Source: Chrysemys picta bellii (lineage: Eukaryota). From it: a stretch of DNA of 64,000 bases. The stretch is from the NCBI RefSeq assembly GCF_011386835.1, contig NC_088803.1, positions 54,808,001 through 54,872,000 on the forward strand. Reading direction: 5' to 3'. The position numbers and the translations under genes are program-made. Of the stretch, positions 43,201 through 57,430 are shown in pieces (the first letter of the stretch is position 1; every line of letters begins with the position of its first letter). The notes beneath the pieces are model-generated. The model worked only from the letters and a program-made list of their open reading frames with translations. It did no database searches and had not been told where the DNA came from.

Positions 43201-46200
43201 GGACTATTAGTCAGTTAGGACAATTCCTTTACTTACCTCTCCTGTTGCAGAGAGGAGAGCAGCCATCTACATTGTCTTGGAGACAGCATGGCAGGTCCTG
43301 ATCAGGCAGGCATCTGAGAAACTGCCCACAGGAATCCTGGATGGCAGTGAGAGGGCACTGCATTGTGGAAGACACGGCTGCCACATTTCCCCCACTGATA
43401 GGGGGGCCTGTGTTGGGAAGGGACATGTCACAGCAGCTGTGGGGTAAATTCCTATTTCCCCATTGTGTGCAGGAGTGCGTCACCAGACAGTAGGAAAGTT
43501 GTGAAATGGAATGTGGAGGACACCTTCAGCTGGCTGCGACGGGACCATTCAGCCTCTAAGGAGGACTACATGGTCAGTATCCCCTTTCCAGCTCGGTACA
43601 ACTGAATGCACTGAATTGAAGAAAAGGTAGAGGGCAAGGAAAAGCCCCTCGTTGGATAGTTTGTGGTTGTCTTCTCACTTACAGCTGCTTTGTGAGATAG
43701 AAGTGTTACCTGCACAAAATTCTCTGTTACTCACATACTCTAGGGGCACTCACCCTTACCCTGTTCCTAGGGCTCTGGTGTAACCCTGCAGTCTGTGGGT
43801 TTGCAGGGTCTATTACCAGTGAAAGAGCCTTACACGGTAATATCCTGCTTAACCTCTATTTATTAACAGTCACCAAAATAGAATGCACCCGCTATGCAGA
43901 CAGTGCTCACCACTCCCAATAAGGCAGATGATGGCCAGTCAGGATCAGGCCATCTAAGGGACTCCAGCTTCTGCACGGTGTGGTGGTTGGCAGCGTGTTG
44001 AGGTCTGGCAGCTGATCTTGGGACTGTGTCCCGGAGTTGCTCATTTTACTAAAATATTACTAAACAATTTTCTAACCAATCCTAACATATCAAAGAACTA
44101 GACACAGACCATACAGATTAAACCAGAGAAATAGGGGCCAAAAGGCAAAACAATAAAGTATAGATTTTACAATCACAACTGTTAAGTGATTTCTTGCCCG
44201 ACAGAACGCCATCAAACCAAGTTTTCTGTAACCATCTGAAGCTCTGTTTCTGTATCTGGTGATGGTGGCGCTATTAGGACAGGAGCCTTCTTAGCAGCCC
44301 GGTATTACATTGATTTGAGGCCATTTAGATGGAATGTGAGGATGTGACTTTCTGCTTCTTGGCTAATGTCTGCTGCTCTCCTAATATGGCTGCAGACAAA
44401 GGCCTTGTCCGTACAGAGGAGAGAGCCTTGGGGGGGAGGGGGAGGAGCGTAACCCCGAGAGAGAGTGGACCCCCAGGAGAAGGACTGTCACAGTGAAAGG
44501 GGCACCCCCACACACCGCACGGGGCCAAGAATGGGTACGATCTGTGAGTCTGAGACACCTTGTTAGAAGCCCGTGTGAATTTGGTGAAAGGCTGGTGGAG
44601 AGGTGGTGATGGTGGTGTGTAAGGGCCTCTCTCTCTCTGACCCTGCAGGACCGCCTAGAGCACTTACGTAAGCAATGTGGGCCCCATGTGTCTGCTGCAG
44701 CCAAGGACTCTGTTGAAGGCATCTGCAGTAAGATTTACCACATATCGCTCGAGTATGTCAAGCGGATCCGGGAAAAGCATCTTGCCGTCCTCAAGGAGCA
44801 CAATATATCTGGTAGGCAGCAAGCGCTGAAGAGGCACAGTACAGTGCAGCACATGACAACAGAATGATGGAATGCAACCTAGCCTGTCCTAGTCAAATGC
44901 AACTCGTTGTAGTGCGGGGCGGTGTGCTTTCTGAATCCTAGGGGCCATGTTCGATTAGGGTAGACCTGGTGGGTCCAGTGGTAGCTCAAGTGACAATAGC
45001 ACAGTAGGAGAGCATTGTCTGGTTCTCCTTCCTTCCCCGCCACCTTCCACCTGCATCTTGAAGACTAGATGGCCAGTATCCTCTAATGCCTCCCAGATGT
45101 CTGCTTCCCGCTCCACCATTTCTCCATCCCCTCCTCCTGGCCCCTACTTCCTCCCTTACAAACCTGCTATCTTATTTCTGTTAGGCTATGTCGACACTAG
45201 TGATCTTACATGCGGCACAGCTGTACCGCTGCAGATGCACTGCTGTGGGGTCCCCCATGTAGCCGGTCTATGCCGACGGGATAATTAAACTACTCCCAAT
45301 GAGTGACAGTAGCGATGCTGGCGGGACATGCTCTCCTGCCAAGTCACTCGGGTATGGGGTTTGTTTTTGTTTTTTTTCCCCACCCCTGAGCAATAAGTTT
45401 TTTGCTGACATAAGTGTTAGTGTAGACATGGCCTTAGACTCCAGTTTATAATCTTCCCTGGGCCCCACAGCAAATTAAGCAGCTGTTGCTGATCTGCGTA
45501 GACATCAGCAGGGGGCAATAGAGAGATTCTTCTTGCAGCACCAGCCTGGGGGCCTTGATTTTCCTCTTAATCTGGCTTGTCTAGTGTTCCAGTTTACATC
45601 AAAAGCCATAGCTTTGTGTCTATGGATGCCCAGAACATTCCCTGAAATCTTGGGATTGATTGGCTACAGTGTCTAGAGTTATTGTGTTACAGGCAGAGGA
45701 GTGCCATTGAGGTGAGTGTAGGGACTTGCTTCACTTGGCCAACAAGTATTTAAAATAAGCTGCAGGTTCAGCTCTTAAGTGGGTGCCTGAGTGGACTGCC
45801 TGGTTGACCTGTGATGTGGCCACCCCAGTCCTGTCTCCTTATGTGTTTGGAGTGGGGGCCTACTGCCGTCGCTCCAGACCCATCACTCCTGTCTTTGGGG
45901 TGGAGGTGGGGCCTGTCCCCTTAGTGTGCTTGGGTTCTAATGTGACTGTCTTTCTCTGTCTCCCATATAGCCGAGGTAGAAGCACCAGAGGTCCAGGACC
46001 GGCTTGTATACTGTTACCCAGTGAGACTGGCCATCCCTTCCCCACCAGTCCCCAATGTCGAAATGCACGTGGAGAACAATGTGGCATGTGTTCGGTACAA
46101 GGGGGAGATGGTGAAAGTGAGCCGCAACTACTTCAGCAAGCTGGTAAGGGCTGTACTTCAGTCCTGCTGAGCAAGAGAAACACTCACCCTTGTGAATTGC

Positions 46201-49200
46201 CTTTTAATGGGAGCGGTCTGCCTTCTCCTTGCCGTCTGAGAGGGACTCTGAAACAGCCTGGTCTCTTTCCACACTGCCAGGGGAATTCTGCCCAGTGGTG
46301 GTTGCTTGACTTTGAGAGAGAGTTTGAGAATTCAGAGATCCAGCGGGGAGTGGGGGGAAGAATGTAGAGGCCAGAGCAGGCCTCAGTGTATGACAAGGAA
46401 CTACACAAACAATGAAGTATTTATGGACTGGCCTATGGGCTCCGAATGCCGAAGGGTCTAAGTGAAAACTGATCATTGCCTGCTGTTACCCAGCCCTTCA
46501 GTATTAGGCCACTCGTTAAAAGGCCATCCATTAAAACTTAGAGTGCAGGATATTTAGAGCCAATAAAAGGCAGCAATTCCTCCATGTGTAGGCATCCTGT
46601 GAAACACGTGTCATTACTGGTCACCGAGTGAAGGACCATGGCTAGGTCATTTTATGACCACTAACATGGAATAATGCAAACTAAAATCACAAGTTCACCC
46701 GTTTCAGGGTGTTAGCTGATCAGTGGTGGGGTCAGAAAGGAATCGCCCTCCCCATATGAGCAACGTTGCTCAGTTGGCCGGGTGCCTCATTAGCTTTTTG
46801 CCTTTGAAGCATCAGCTATTGGCTGCCTGTGCTGGACTCGACGGGCCAGTGGTCTGATTAGAGATGATCGGCCTGCACAAATGTATAATGAGGGACAGTC
46901 CATGCCCTGAGGGAGAAAAGAACCTGGAGCGGGGCCGGCTCTTCGTTACATGTTTGTCCAGTGCCTAGCGCAGTGGGCCCCTGACCTGGCAGAAGCCTCT
47001 AGCTGCTACTGCAACAGGAGTGTTAAATAATAATACCTGCTGAAGTCAGGACAGCTCCTACTGTCTGTGGGGAGGCTTATCTGAAGAGTGGTGTTAATAG
47101 GCCCCCAGGGTCCCGATTTGTGTCACATGCCCACCCCACAGCAAGCCCCACTCTGGATGTGGGGTCCGTGGTGAAAAGTAAGTTCCCTCTAGTGTCTAGC
47201 CTGCAGTGTGCCACATTAAAAGTTGGAGTTCCTGAAAAATGCTACAAAACTCTCTAACATCTCTACCTCTCCCATCACCTCAGTGTCTGCTTCGCTCAAT
47301 GGATGGGATTGTACTAGCATCCACCATCTCTGATTCCTTATAACTTCAGTCAGCATCCTGTGGCTCTCTAACTCTCCTGCTTCCTTTACTGCTAGTTTTA
47401 ATGACCTGGGTTTCTCTTCCAGTGGCTTCTCTATCGGTACAGTTGCATTGACGACTCTGGCTGTGAGAGGTTTCTGCCCAGGGTTTGGTGCCTTCTCCGT
47501 AGATATCAGGTACTGGTTCCTTCTCCGCTTTTGGGCAGCAGGCAGCTCTGGTGGAATTGTAATACTGACACTGTGAGCAGTGCTCTGGGAGACCCAGCAG
47601 AAAACTATGAACAATCGATCCAGAAGTGGAGCAGAGTTGGGCTAAAACAGTGTTTTCTCCGAGATTTTAGGGTAGGGTGCTACGCTGGGGAACAATCATG
47701 TTGTCTTGACATTAGCCCTCAAGCTTGGAGAAGTGCACACATTTACCAAATGAACCTGAGTTCCAGGTGAGGGGAGCTTCCTAGGAAGGAATGTGTGGTG
47801 ATTGGTGATGTGTGATGGTGGGGCCCAGTTGGACGAAGTGTCTAGAGGGCAGTCTTGACTGGAGACTTGAGAGTGTGGGGCAAAGAAGGGGTGCTGTCAG
47901 CCTGGTGAAATGGGGTATGTGGCCCTGGGTCAGAGTGCAGTGAGAGGGAAGCAATGGTGGTGCTCAGCTCTTATGGGAATCACTCACAGAGGGTTTGCTC
48001 TCCTCAGATGATGTTTGGTGTTGGTCTGTATGAAGGAACTGGCCTGCAGGGGGCACTCCCGGTGCATGTCTTTGAAGCCCTCCACAAGCTCTTTGGAGTG
48101 AGTTTTGAATGCTTTGCCTCGCCCCTGAACTGCTATTTTAAACAGTACTGTTCGGCCTTCCTGGACACAGATGGGTATTTTGGATCCAGGGGGTGAGTCT
48201 TGCATTCTGTTGCCCTTGCCATATGTATACCTATGTGCATGCATTTTTGGCTGGGGTGGGAACTCTATCCTGAACTTAAATTCTCATTGATGACATCAAA
48301 AAGGCTGAGTTGTTCATTGCTATTTTGCTTCAGTCGTCACTTAAAAAGATGAGTGGTGACCAGATATTCAAATAGTTAATCTGGACAGCAAGAGGGGAAG
48401 AACACAAGCCAAAGTCTGGAAAGAAAAGGTAAAGAATCTGAAGCAATCTCAGAACTTTTAGCAGTTCTCTTTGAGAACTCATGGAGGACAAGTGAGGTAT
48501 CACAGGACTAGAAAAGGGCAAACATTGAACCTGTCTTTAAAAAGGAGAACAAAGAGGACCTGGGAAACAGTGGATTGCTTACAATTTGATTAATAGTGTC
48601 AAAATTAGGCTATTAGACGATAATAGCAAATCTATAGGAATAGCTAGGATAGATTTGTCAAGAACAAATCATGTCAAACCAACCTAATTTCCTTCTTTGG
48701 CAGGATTACTGGCCTACTGGTTGTGGGTGGTGATATATGTTGATTTTTAGTAAGGCTTTTGGCACGGCCCCACATGACATTCTTATAAGCAAACCAGGGA
48801 AATGTGGTCTAGAGATGGAATTACTATAAGGTGGGTGCACAGCTGGTTGAAGGACTGTACTCAAAGAGTAGTTATCAATGGTTCGCTGTCAAACTGGGAG
48901 GATGTATCTAGTGAGTTCCCACAGGATTCAGTCCTGGGTCTGGTACTAGTCAATATTTTCATTAATGACTTGGATAATGGAATGGAGATGTGCTTATAAA
49001 ATTTGCGGATGACTCTAAGATGGGAGGGGTGGCAAGCACTTTGGATGGCCAGGATTAGAATTCAAAATTAGCTTGATAAATTGGAGAATTGATCTGAATT
49101 CAGCAACATGAAATTCAGTAAAAACAAGTGCAAAGTACTTCTTTTAGGAAGGAAAAATCAAATGCACGGCTGCAAACTGGGGAATAACTGGCTAGCTGGT

Positions 49201-52037
49201 AGTACTGCTGAAAAGGTTCTGGAGGTTCTAGTGGATCACAGATTGAATGAGAGTCAGGAATGTGATGCAGTTGTGAAAAAGGCTAATATCCTTCTGGGGC
49301 GTATTAACAGGTGTGTCGTATGTAAGACACAGGAGGTAATTGTCCCGCTCTGCTCAACACTGGTGAGGGCTCAACTGGAGTCCTGTCCCCAGTTCTGGGC
49401 ACCGCACTTTAGGAAAGATGTGGGCAAATTTAAGAGAGTCCAGAGGCAAGCAACAAAAATGATAAAAGGTTTTAGAAATCCTGTTGTATGATGAACGGTT
49501 AAAAAAAACTGGGCCTGTTTAGTCTTGAGAACAAACAACTGAGGGGGGACTTTTTAGAACAGCCCTTTACAGATGTGAATAATGTTATAGACGACGCTGA
49601 CCAATTGTTCTCCATGTCCACTGGAGCTTGGACAGGAAGTATCTGCAGCCATGGAGAGTTAGGTTAAATACTTGGAAAAACGCTCTAATTCGAAGTGTAG
49701 TTAAACTCTGGAATTGGCTTCCAAGGGAGGTTGTCAAATCCTCATAACTGGAGGTTTTTAAGAACAGGTTTGACAAACACCTGTCAGGGATGGTCTAGGT
49801 TTACTTGGTCCTGCCTCAGTACAGGGGGCTGGATTTGATGACTTTTTGGGGTCCCTTCCAGGCCTACATTTCTGTGATTTACTCCAGGCCTGGTTGTGAG
49901 GGTATATGGGCATGGATTGGCTATGAAATGAACAGGACTGTGTTGCAGGCCCTGGATTTGGCTTGTTCATTAGGTCTGTGGATATATGCCCCTCTCGTTC
50001 TGAAGGAAGAGGGAGCCTCAAACAAGAGATTGAAAATAGTGAACTTGGAGCCAAGGAATGTCGGCCTACAGGTTCCCAGGTGAAGTCTCTCTCCTTGGTG
50101 ACCGTTTGTGCCACAGGGGAAGTAAATGTGGCAGGCCCTGCCCTGCTAGGAAGTCAGGTTGCATGTGGCTGCCCTTTCACAGATGCTGATGGTTTCTAAG
50201 ATGTTTGAATTAACAGTTGGTCCTCCCTAACTGGGATCTTTTCCCTTGTTCCCTTCAGCCCATTCCTGGATTTCATCCCCATAAGTGGCTCTTTTGAGGC
50301 AAATCCTCCATTCTGTGAGGAACTGATGGATGCCATGGTCTCTCACTTTGAGGTACGTTCACTTATCCCTGTCACTGTGCTTGGACTGGGACAGTCCTCT
50401 CTCTCCCCTCTGCTGCTATCCCGCATCCCCATGGCAGGGTTACAGATCAGCAGGCCACCGAGGACTGGGGCAGCTCTTATGCTGGTCTCAGAGAAGGGTG
50501 CGTTTCCTTCTCACAGAGCCTGTCGTGCTTGTCGTTACTTGATCAAAAATAAGAATCTTCTTTCCTTTTCCTTGTGGATTAGAAACTGCTGGAGAGCTCC
50601 AATGAGCCCCTCTCCTTCATTGTCTTCATCCCTGAGTGGAGGGACCCTCCGACACCAGCCCTGACCCGCATGGAGCAGAGCAAGTTCAAGCGGCACCAGC
50701 TCATCCTGCCAGCCTTCGATCATGAGTACCGCAGCGGGTCTCAGCATATCTGCAAAAAGTAGGTCTTTCTCGCAAGTCTGGGTTGGGATGCTCTTGAGAT
50801 GTACTGCATTTTAGAGAGGCCCTTGGCAGGAATCCCCTTCTCCGAGGTGACATTGGTTGGGGTATGGAACAGGCTAAGAAAAAAGCAAAGTGATGTATCC
50901 AAAATGAACCTCGAGCACATCTCAGATTGGGCTCAACAGACAGTATCAAGGCTCACCGTATTTGTGTATATTTCCCAACTATTAAAAATTGACGTCAGCC
51001 TCTCCCTCAGGGACATGTCTCTGACCTGTGTATGTCAGATCGCACTGTGGAGAAGAGCCATGTGCCACTCGCCAGCATACAGTCTGAGGTGCGGCTGGCT
51101 GAGCAGAGTAACTTTCTGGGCTTGTCAAGGTCCTGTGGCCTCTGCCATTCAGTAACAGTTAAAAAGAAGCAGAAGCTTGGGCCAGTTTTCACTATTGGCG
51201 TCTGTATGGCAGGCTAACAGCTTGCTTGGTGGGCAGCAAGTTGGTTGGCCCAGGATGTCTGACAACATGATTTTTCGTAGCTGGGATGGTAGGAATTCCC
51301 AGCTGTGTATGTTGGAGTAGGAGCTGCGCTGCAAGATCTGTACAGTGTTCCCTCTTCTCTGACTTGTTGAGCTTCTTGCAATCTTCCTGTTCCCCAGGAG
51401 CTAATGGTACTGCAGTATGTAGTTAGCCAGAGCAGCCCTTGTAGTGTCCATGGGAAGTAACACACACTGATTCTCTGAGGTTCTCCTTTGGAAGCCTCTT
51501 GACCCCATGTGGGCACCACAGAGCTCGCAGTGGGGTCCTAGCTATAGAGCTGTATTGGCACGTCAGGACAGATACCTCCCAAGTGAGGGGCTGTGTGCTG
51601 CATCTTTGAATTTTAACTCACCGGTATGGCTTTCTTTTAAGAGAGAATGGCTGTTCCTCAGTACGACACAAGGGAAGGGAGATGGGGAGGACATTAGTGT
51701 GGGAGGATCCAGGTGCAGCTGAGCGACTGGTTGGACAGGCCCATGAAGCGAGAACTAAGCACCTGTCGTCTTCCCTTGCAGAGAGGAGATGTACTACAAA
51801 GCCGTGCACAACACTGCTATCATCTTCCTACAAAACAACGCAGGCTTCACCAAGTGGGAGCCCACGCCAGAGCGGCTGCAGGAGCTCGTCACAGCCTATA
51901 AGCACTCGGGACGGACCCTCAGTTCCACAGGTTCCTCCTCCACCTCCTCTTCCTCCTCCACCTCTTCCTCGACAGCAGAGAAAGATCGGGAGACGGGCGG
52001 AGAGCAAAGCACCAGCCGGGAGACCAATGCCAATTAA
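37293..52037 (+). CDS. PCIF1: PCIF1/CAPAM, cap-specific adenosine N6-methyltransferase, 712 aa, 15 coding exons
   Basis: Exons 37293-37416, 37660-37784, 38184-38321, 40226-40356, 40574-40728, 41660-41807, 41994-42077, 43473-43572, 44649-44811, 45971-46143, 47423-47509, 48008-48192, 50259-50352, 50583-50758, 51782-52037. All are GT-AG and in phase (2139 nt). MANENHGSP start, WW domain ([28 protein letters not shown]), ECFASPLN and the catalytic NPPF motif are present. Confidence 0.97.
40969..41605. mobile_element. hAT MITE in a PCIF1 intron
   Basis: TIRs TAGGGCTCTACCAAATTCA / TGAATTTGGTAGGGCCCTA; TSD GCCATAAT / ACCATAAT. Confidence 0.85.
42767..43093. mobile_element. hAT (Charlie-like) MITE in a PCIF1 intron
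   Basis: TIRs CAGTGGTCCCCAA / TTGGGGACCCCTG with a perfect TSD TGGTAGAA. Confidence 0.88.
45184..45433. mobile_element. PIF/Harbinger MITE in a PCIF1 intron
   Basis: TIRs GGCTATGTCGACACTA / TAGTGTAGACATGGCC with a TTA target-site duplication on both sides. Confidence 0.85.
48430..49870 (+). mobile_element. Degenerate CR1 ORF2 and 3' end in a PCIF1 intron
   Basis: [12 protein letters not shown]...[37 protein letters not shown] and [11 protein letters not shown] motifs with frameshifts, ending GGTCCCTTCCAG. Boundaries are approximate. Confidence 0.85.
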
Positions 52038-52870
52038 TCTGCAGAGAGCAGTGTGTGGGGACAGACAGCAGGGGGCGAAGGGAACAGTGCTCCAGAGGAG
52101 GGGAGGTTTGATGTGGCAGGTGGAGAGACTGCTGGCTGTGTAGTGCCAGGCCTGGGGGACTCTCTTCAGGCAGCTCCACACTGCTTGCTTTCCTCTGTAA
52201 ACCTGCAAGGCCACTTTCCTCACCCGAGTGGAGGGAGATTCCCTCGCCTTATGCCCCGTGGGAAGAAGATCGGCTGCTGCCCTAGACGAGGGGCAAAGAA
52301 GCCAAACGTCGCAGTCATAGGAAGAGTCTGTAGCCCCTTCAAACACTAAAGCTCTGAGGAAGAGGCAGCTGGAGCTGGGACGGATGAAGGAAGGACGGAC
52401 GGACTGACAGACAGAGCTGTGGCCTAGCAGGTCCCTGGCAGCTGGCTGAAGCCTGTCGTTTCCAAGAGAAAAGCCGGCAGGGGCCAGAGGCTCTTCCTGC
52501 TGGCCGGGCACAGAACCCAGCTCCGTGTTCACAGTGTAAATAGTTCTGTCCGTGGCGACCAGGCTCCCTGCAGGGTTTGTTTCCGTAGCGTCCATGTTTC
52601 CTTTCCACATGTGCGAGTTCCGTGTTTGCCGAAGCTGTTTACCATATACAAGAAAAGCAGAGAAAAGGAATTTCTTTTTGTGTGTAAAAACGTCTTTGCA
52701 GCTGTTTTGTAGTCGTTGTGGTTTTTACCCAGAGCCCACTGGGCTTTATTTAACCTCCTTGGGTTTTGTTTTTTAAGGATTAATTTAACACCGCTAACCG
52801 TTTTATTACTTTTATCAAAGAAAGCAAAGGAAAGTCTATTTTTGATTTTTGTTTCCTAGTTCTTAGGGAC

Positions 52871-52876
52871 ATTAAA
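52871..52876 (+). terminator. Probable PCIF1 polyadenylation signal (ATTAAA)
   Basis: ATTAAA preceded by U-rich elements. An AATAAA also occurs near 53142. Confidence 0.6.
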
Positions 52877-53839
52877 AACCAGCATTACAGCTCCCCTTGG
52901 TGTCGGTGCTATTCCTCATCTGGGGGGCTGGGGACTGTCTGTGGGAGGCAGGGCCTGCCCTGCCCGCCCTCAGATTCACTGCCTTCTCCTGTGCCCCTGG
53001 ACTGGGTGAACTCTAGGAAAATGATCATTTCTTACGGAATTACACTTTGAATCTGTTTATCTGTAGGGTTTGTGCGTTGAGTTGGGCAGAGTTGTGTGCA
53101 GCATTGCTAAAACACAGTATATCCAAAATGTCTGGGAGTTAAATAAAACTGGTCCAACGATAAATAGCAGAGACTGAGGGATAGGCAAGGGAAAAGAGAC
53201 CATTTTGCTGAGATTTAAAATGGCACGTCAGTGAGAGGGAGAGATGGTAGGCACTCTAATACATCGGCCATAGGCTCCTTAGAACCACACCAGAGAGGGG
53301 CTTTCACTCCAGTAATAGAAAGAATGTTTCAGAGGACATGGAGGGGGAGGTATCAGCGTTCTGTTAGTGAAGTCGAGTAGGGAAAATTTGAACTGGCTCT
53401 TAGAATAACGGGGGAATCAGCTAATAGTGCTGAGGATTGTGGGTGACATGAGCTCCCTTCTTTGTATTTGAGGAGAAAGGGGCAGAAGCACTCTGCATAT
53501 GCTGGAATCTGAGGTACTGGGACTTACAGAGGCCTTGGAAGAGGAAATTGCTATAGTTCAGGCAAGAGGAGAGAGGCCTGATACAGTGTAGTTGAGACCA
53601 TTGTGAATGAGATCCTGTTCAGCCAGGGTGCAAATGTGGGTGAAGATGATGTCAGGACTGGAGACCATGATGGCAGCCAGAGATACATGAGAGGATGGAG
53701 TTTGGCTTGGGGAGGCACCTGCCCAAGAGCAGCTTTTTGGGGTTTGGGACATTTAACTGAAATGATATAAAGCCACAGCTATGTTGGTCAGAGAGGCCTA
53801 GAGGGCAGTCCGGGAGGATTTATAGATTGGTGGGGCCAT

Positions 53840-54290
53840 TGTGTTTATCTAATTTGATTTTCTGTATAATCCTGCCTTTTCCTGCATTAAACCCATAACG
53901 GCTGGCTCAGCTAAGGCTTATCTTTTAGATTTAAAGACTCCAAATATTAGCGCATCCACCACATCCCTAGGTAAGTTCCAGTGATTAATTCTCCTCTGTG
54001 TTAAAATGTGTGCCTCATTTCCAGGCTGCTTCCAGCCATTGGATCTTGTGCTGTCTTTGTCTGCTAGATTGAAGAGCCCTTTTCCCCAGGCAGGTACTGA
54101 CAGACTGAGCGAGTCACCTCTTAATCTTCTCTGATCTAAATGGATTGATCTTCTTGGGTCATACGCTGTAAGGTGTAAAGGCAGGTTTTCCAGGCCTCAA
54201 ATCATTCTTGTAGCTCTTTTCTGAACCATTCAGATTTTTCAGGATCCTTTTTTAAGTGTGGCCAGGAGAACAAGACTGTATCCAGTAATG
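53840..54290 (-). mobile_element. Old CR1 fragment
   Basis: Reverse-strand CR1 3'-region sequence (TCCACCACATCCCTAGGTAAGTTCCAGTG...). Boundaries are approximate. Confidence 0.55.
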
Positions 54291-56174
54291 AACTCACTAG
54301 GAGTCACTGGAGATCCCTAAATATGCACCTGAGTATTGTCAGGACAAGGGGGTAGCTAAGGTTAAAGGCAAAGATCTCGTGCATTGCGGGAGAGGGTAGA
54401 TAAGAGAGCAGAGTTGCCTTGTGGCTCTATAGAGGAGGAGGCAGTGACAGCGGTCTGCCTCAGGCTGAAATGTTTGGAAAATTTCAGCCAAAATGATTCA
54501 GCCCTTTCTTAGAACAAAGCAAGAGGGAAATACGTTGTTTTGCCCGTGTTCATAAATTCTGACACCATTCCTTTGAAAAGCTCTAGGACCTCCCTGTTTT
54601 GGAGCAGACACTTGAACTACGCCAGGCAGGTAACCGCAGTGTTGTGGAAAGGATGGACCTTTACGCCGTTATTGTGAAAATCCAAATTCGGCCAAGTTAT
54701 GTAAACCTTTGGGGAAATGGCAGTTTGCACATGCCTGGCAGAGATTTCTTTGCTTTTAGCAGTTGTTTCAAGATTCCATCCTCACTGAGCGGACTTGTGC
54801 CGTCTCCACCGAGCAATCGAGCTTGTTCCCGCCTCTCCGCTCCTACTGGACTGCCTGTGCACCAGCTCCCCAAGTGACTGAACACGATCCAGTACAGGAT
54901 TTCCTGTAAAGATTATTCCCATCTGCTCCAGGCTGGGCACTGGAACTGAGAGCAGGGAGCCTCTCTCCTGTGCCCTCAATGATCCCCCTGCGTGTAGCAG
55001 CTGTCTGATCTGAATGAAGAGGGGACAAAAGCGAGATGAAAAGTAGATTGGAACCAGGAGTCTGGGAGGGATGCTTGTGCAAGGAGACTGGGGAGCCAGT
55101 GTGGTAAATGGGGGGACAAGACGGATCAGATGACTTGGCAAGGGGTGGAATTGCTGGCTGGATAAGCAGACTGGAACTAGGAACTAGTGGGAAGGGAGAG
55201 AAGAGAGCTGAGATGAGAGAACTGGGATTTGCTGTTCAAAGAGACTGGAACCAAGAGCTGGGTAGGGGTTTGGGGAGATGATTGAGATTGGATTTGGAGG
55301 AAGTCTGTCAGTGGCAGGGGAAGAGATGAGGTGCTAGGAGGGGTATTGAGGCTGGCTAAGATAAGGAAACGGAGCTGGAGGAGGGGGAGCTGTGATTTGT
55401 TGGGCTTTGGGACTGGGATGAGAAACTTGAAGAGTAGTGACTGTGACTGGAGAGGCAAGGGGAATGAACTGGGGACAAGGAGCCAGGGTTGTGGAAGAGA
55501 CAAACTTAGGGAGAATGGGCTGAAGAGTCTGTGCACTACAGAACACGTCTCTACGGAGTGTGGAATGGAACCCAAGATCTTAGAGTCTCACCACTCGTCT
55601 GCTGTCTGAATATCTGTGAAACCCACTGGCAAAGTGTGACACCCTCTCTAGTGCTGGGCCAGGTGGAAGGTGACAACCCACTACTGCTATCAGTTACTCC
55701 GTTAGTTTAAGTGGCAGAGGTCTGTGGTGGATATACAGGTTCTAGCCCTACTGATGAACCATGCCAATGTCACTATGATGCCATATGATGGAATTTCGAG
55801 GGGGGACTGTTTCTGTTTGCTCTTTTAAATACCTAGGAAATTATACACACGTGCGCACACACAAGCTACATTAAAAGAACATTAAGGTTGCAAAGTCAAG
55901 CACTCAAAACCCAGTAAATGCCAGAATAAGGTTGCCCATGGAACCTTAACTCTGCCCTCTTGGGCATATGCATTATGATACAGTCTTCAATTACATGATC
56001 ACATACTATTTCTTTCCGCAGGACCCTGCCTCATTCAGTGTGCAGAATGGACCTGCTCTGGGGATAAATCACAGGTGTAGGGAAGGAGGCAGACACATCA
56101 GCCTCATTTGTTGCACAAGTTGGAAGGTGTGTAGTGAATGAAGCAGGGAATTTCAGGAAAAGAAAGGATGGTCT

Positions 56175-57430
56175 CAGCCTTAAGTCTGGAAAGGACCATC
56201 ATGATCATCTAATCTGACCGCAGGCCACAGTATCTCTCCCACCCACTCCTGTAATAGATGCCTAACCTCTCGCTGAGTTACTGACGTCCTCAAACCATGA
56301 TTTAAAGACTTCAAGTTACAGAGGATGCACTATTGACACCAGGTTAAACCTGCAAGTGACCCGTGCCCCACACTTCAGAGGAAGGTGAAAAATCCCTAGT
56401 TTCTCTGCCAATCAGACGTAGAGGAAAATTCCATCCTGACCCCAGGTATGGTGATCAGGTAGACCTTGAGCATGTGGGCAAGACCCACCAGCCAGACACC
56501 TGGAAAGAATTATCTAGTAACTCTCAGCCCTCTTCAAGGAGTGCCCCATCTCTGGCTGTTAGGGGATATTTGCTGCTATCAGTCACAGATAGGGCACACG
56601 CCATTGTAGGCAGTGCCATCATACCATCAGCTCCATAATCGAGCTCAGTCTTGATGCCAGTTACATTTTTTGCCCCCTCTGCTCCCCTTGGGGGGCTGTT
56701 CCAGACATTCACTCCTCTGATTTCTAATTTCAAGCCTAAACTTGTTGACGGCCAGTTTGGATCTATCTGTTCTTGTGCCAAGTGGTCCTTTACTTAGGTA
56801 ACCCTGCTGTCTGTCTCTCTGATGTATTTATAGGGAACAATCACCTCTCCCCTCAGCATTTGTTTGGTTAGGCTAAACAAGCCAAGCTCCTTGCGCCACT
56901 TCTCCTAAGGTAGGTTTTCCATTTCTCGGTTCATCCCAATAGCTCTTCTCTGCACCTGTTCCAGTTTGAATTCATCCCTTTTAAACATGGGGAAACCAGA
57001 ACTGCACACAGTAATCCAGATAACGTCTCACTAGTGCCTTGTATAATGGCAATACCTCGCCTGTTTCCTCCTAGGATTGCATTAGCCTTTTTCCACAGCC
57101 AGATCACATTGGCGGCTCATAGCCATCCTGTGCTCAACCAGTACAGTCAGGTCTCTTCCTCTGCCTCTTGCAAGTGATATGCCCCCAGTTTCTAACATCA
57201 ATTCTTGTTGTTAGTCCCTAACTGCATGATCTTGCACTTTGCACTATTAAATTTCATCCCATTTCTATTACACTAGTTTTCAAGGTCTTCCAGATCCTCT
57301 TGCGTGATATCCTGGTCGTCCTCTGTATTGTCGGTGCCTCCCAACTGTGTGTCATCCACAGATTTCAGTAGCATGCTCCCACTTTTTGTGCCGAGGCCAT
57401 GAATGAAAATGTTAAATTAAGATTGGTCCC
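56175..57430 (-). mobile_element. Old CR1 fragment (ORF2 C-terminus plus 3' UTR)
   Basis: Reverse complement of a CR1 tail (GGAAAGGACCATCATGATCATCTAATCTGACC...) plus degenerate KCKIMQL and DEMGEQ-type ORF2 remnants. Boundaries are approximate. Confidence 0.7.

Noticed and set aside
43700-44560. Possible solo LTR in a PCIF1 intron
   Set aside because: The composition is LTR-like, but I could not define both termini or a TSD, so it is not reported as a feature.
51828-52610. 260-aa minus-strand ORF repeated at 61332-62114
   Set aside because: It is antisense to the PCIF1 last exon and UTR, appears twice only because of the duplication, and has no domain-like features.
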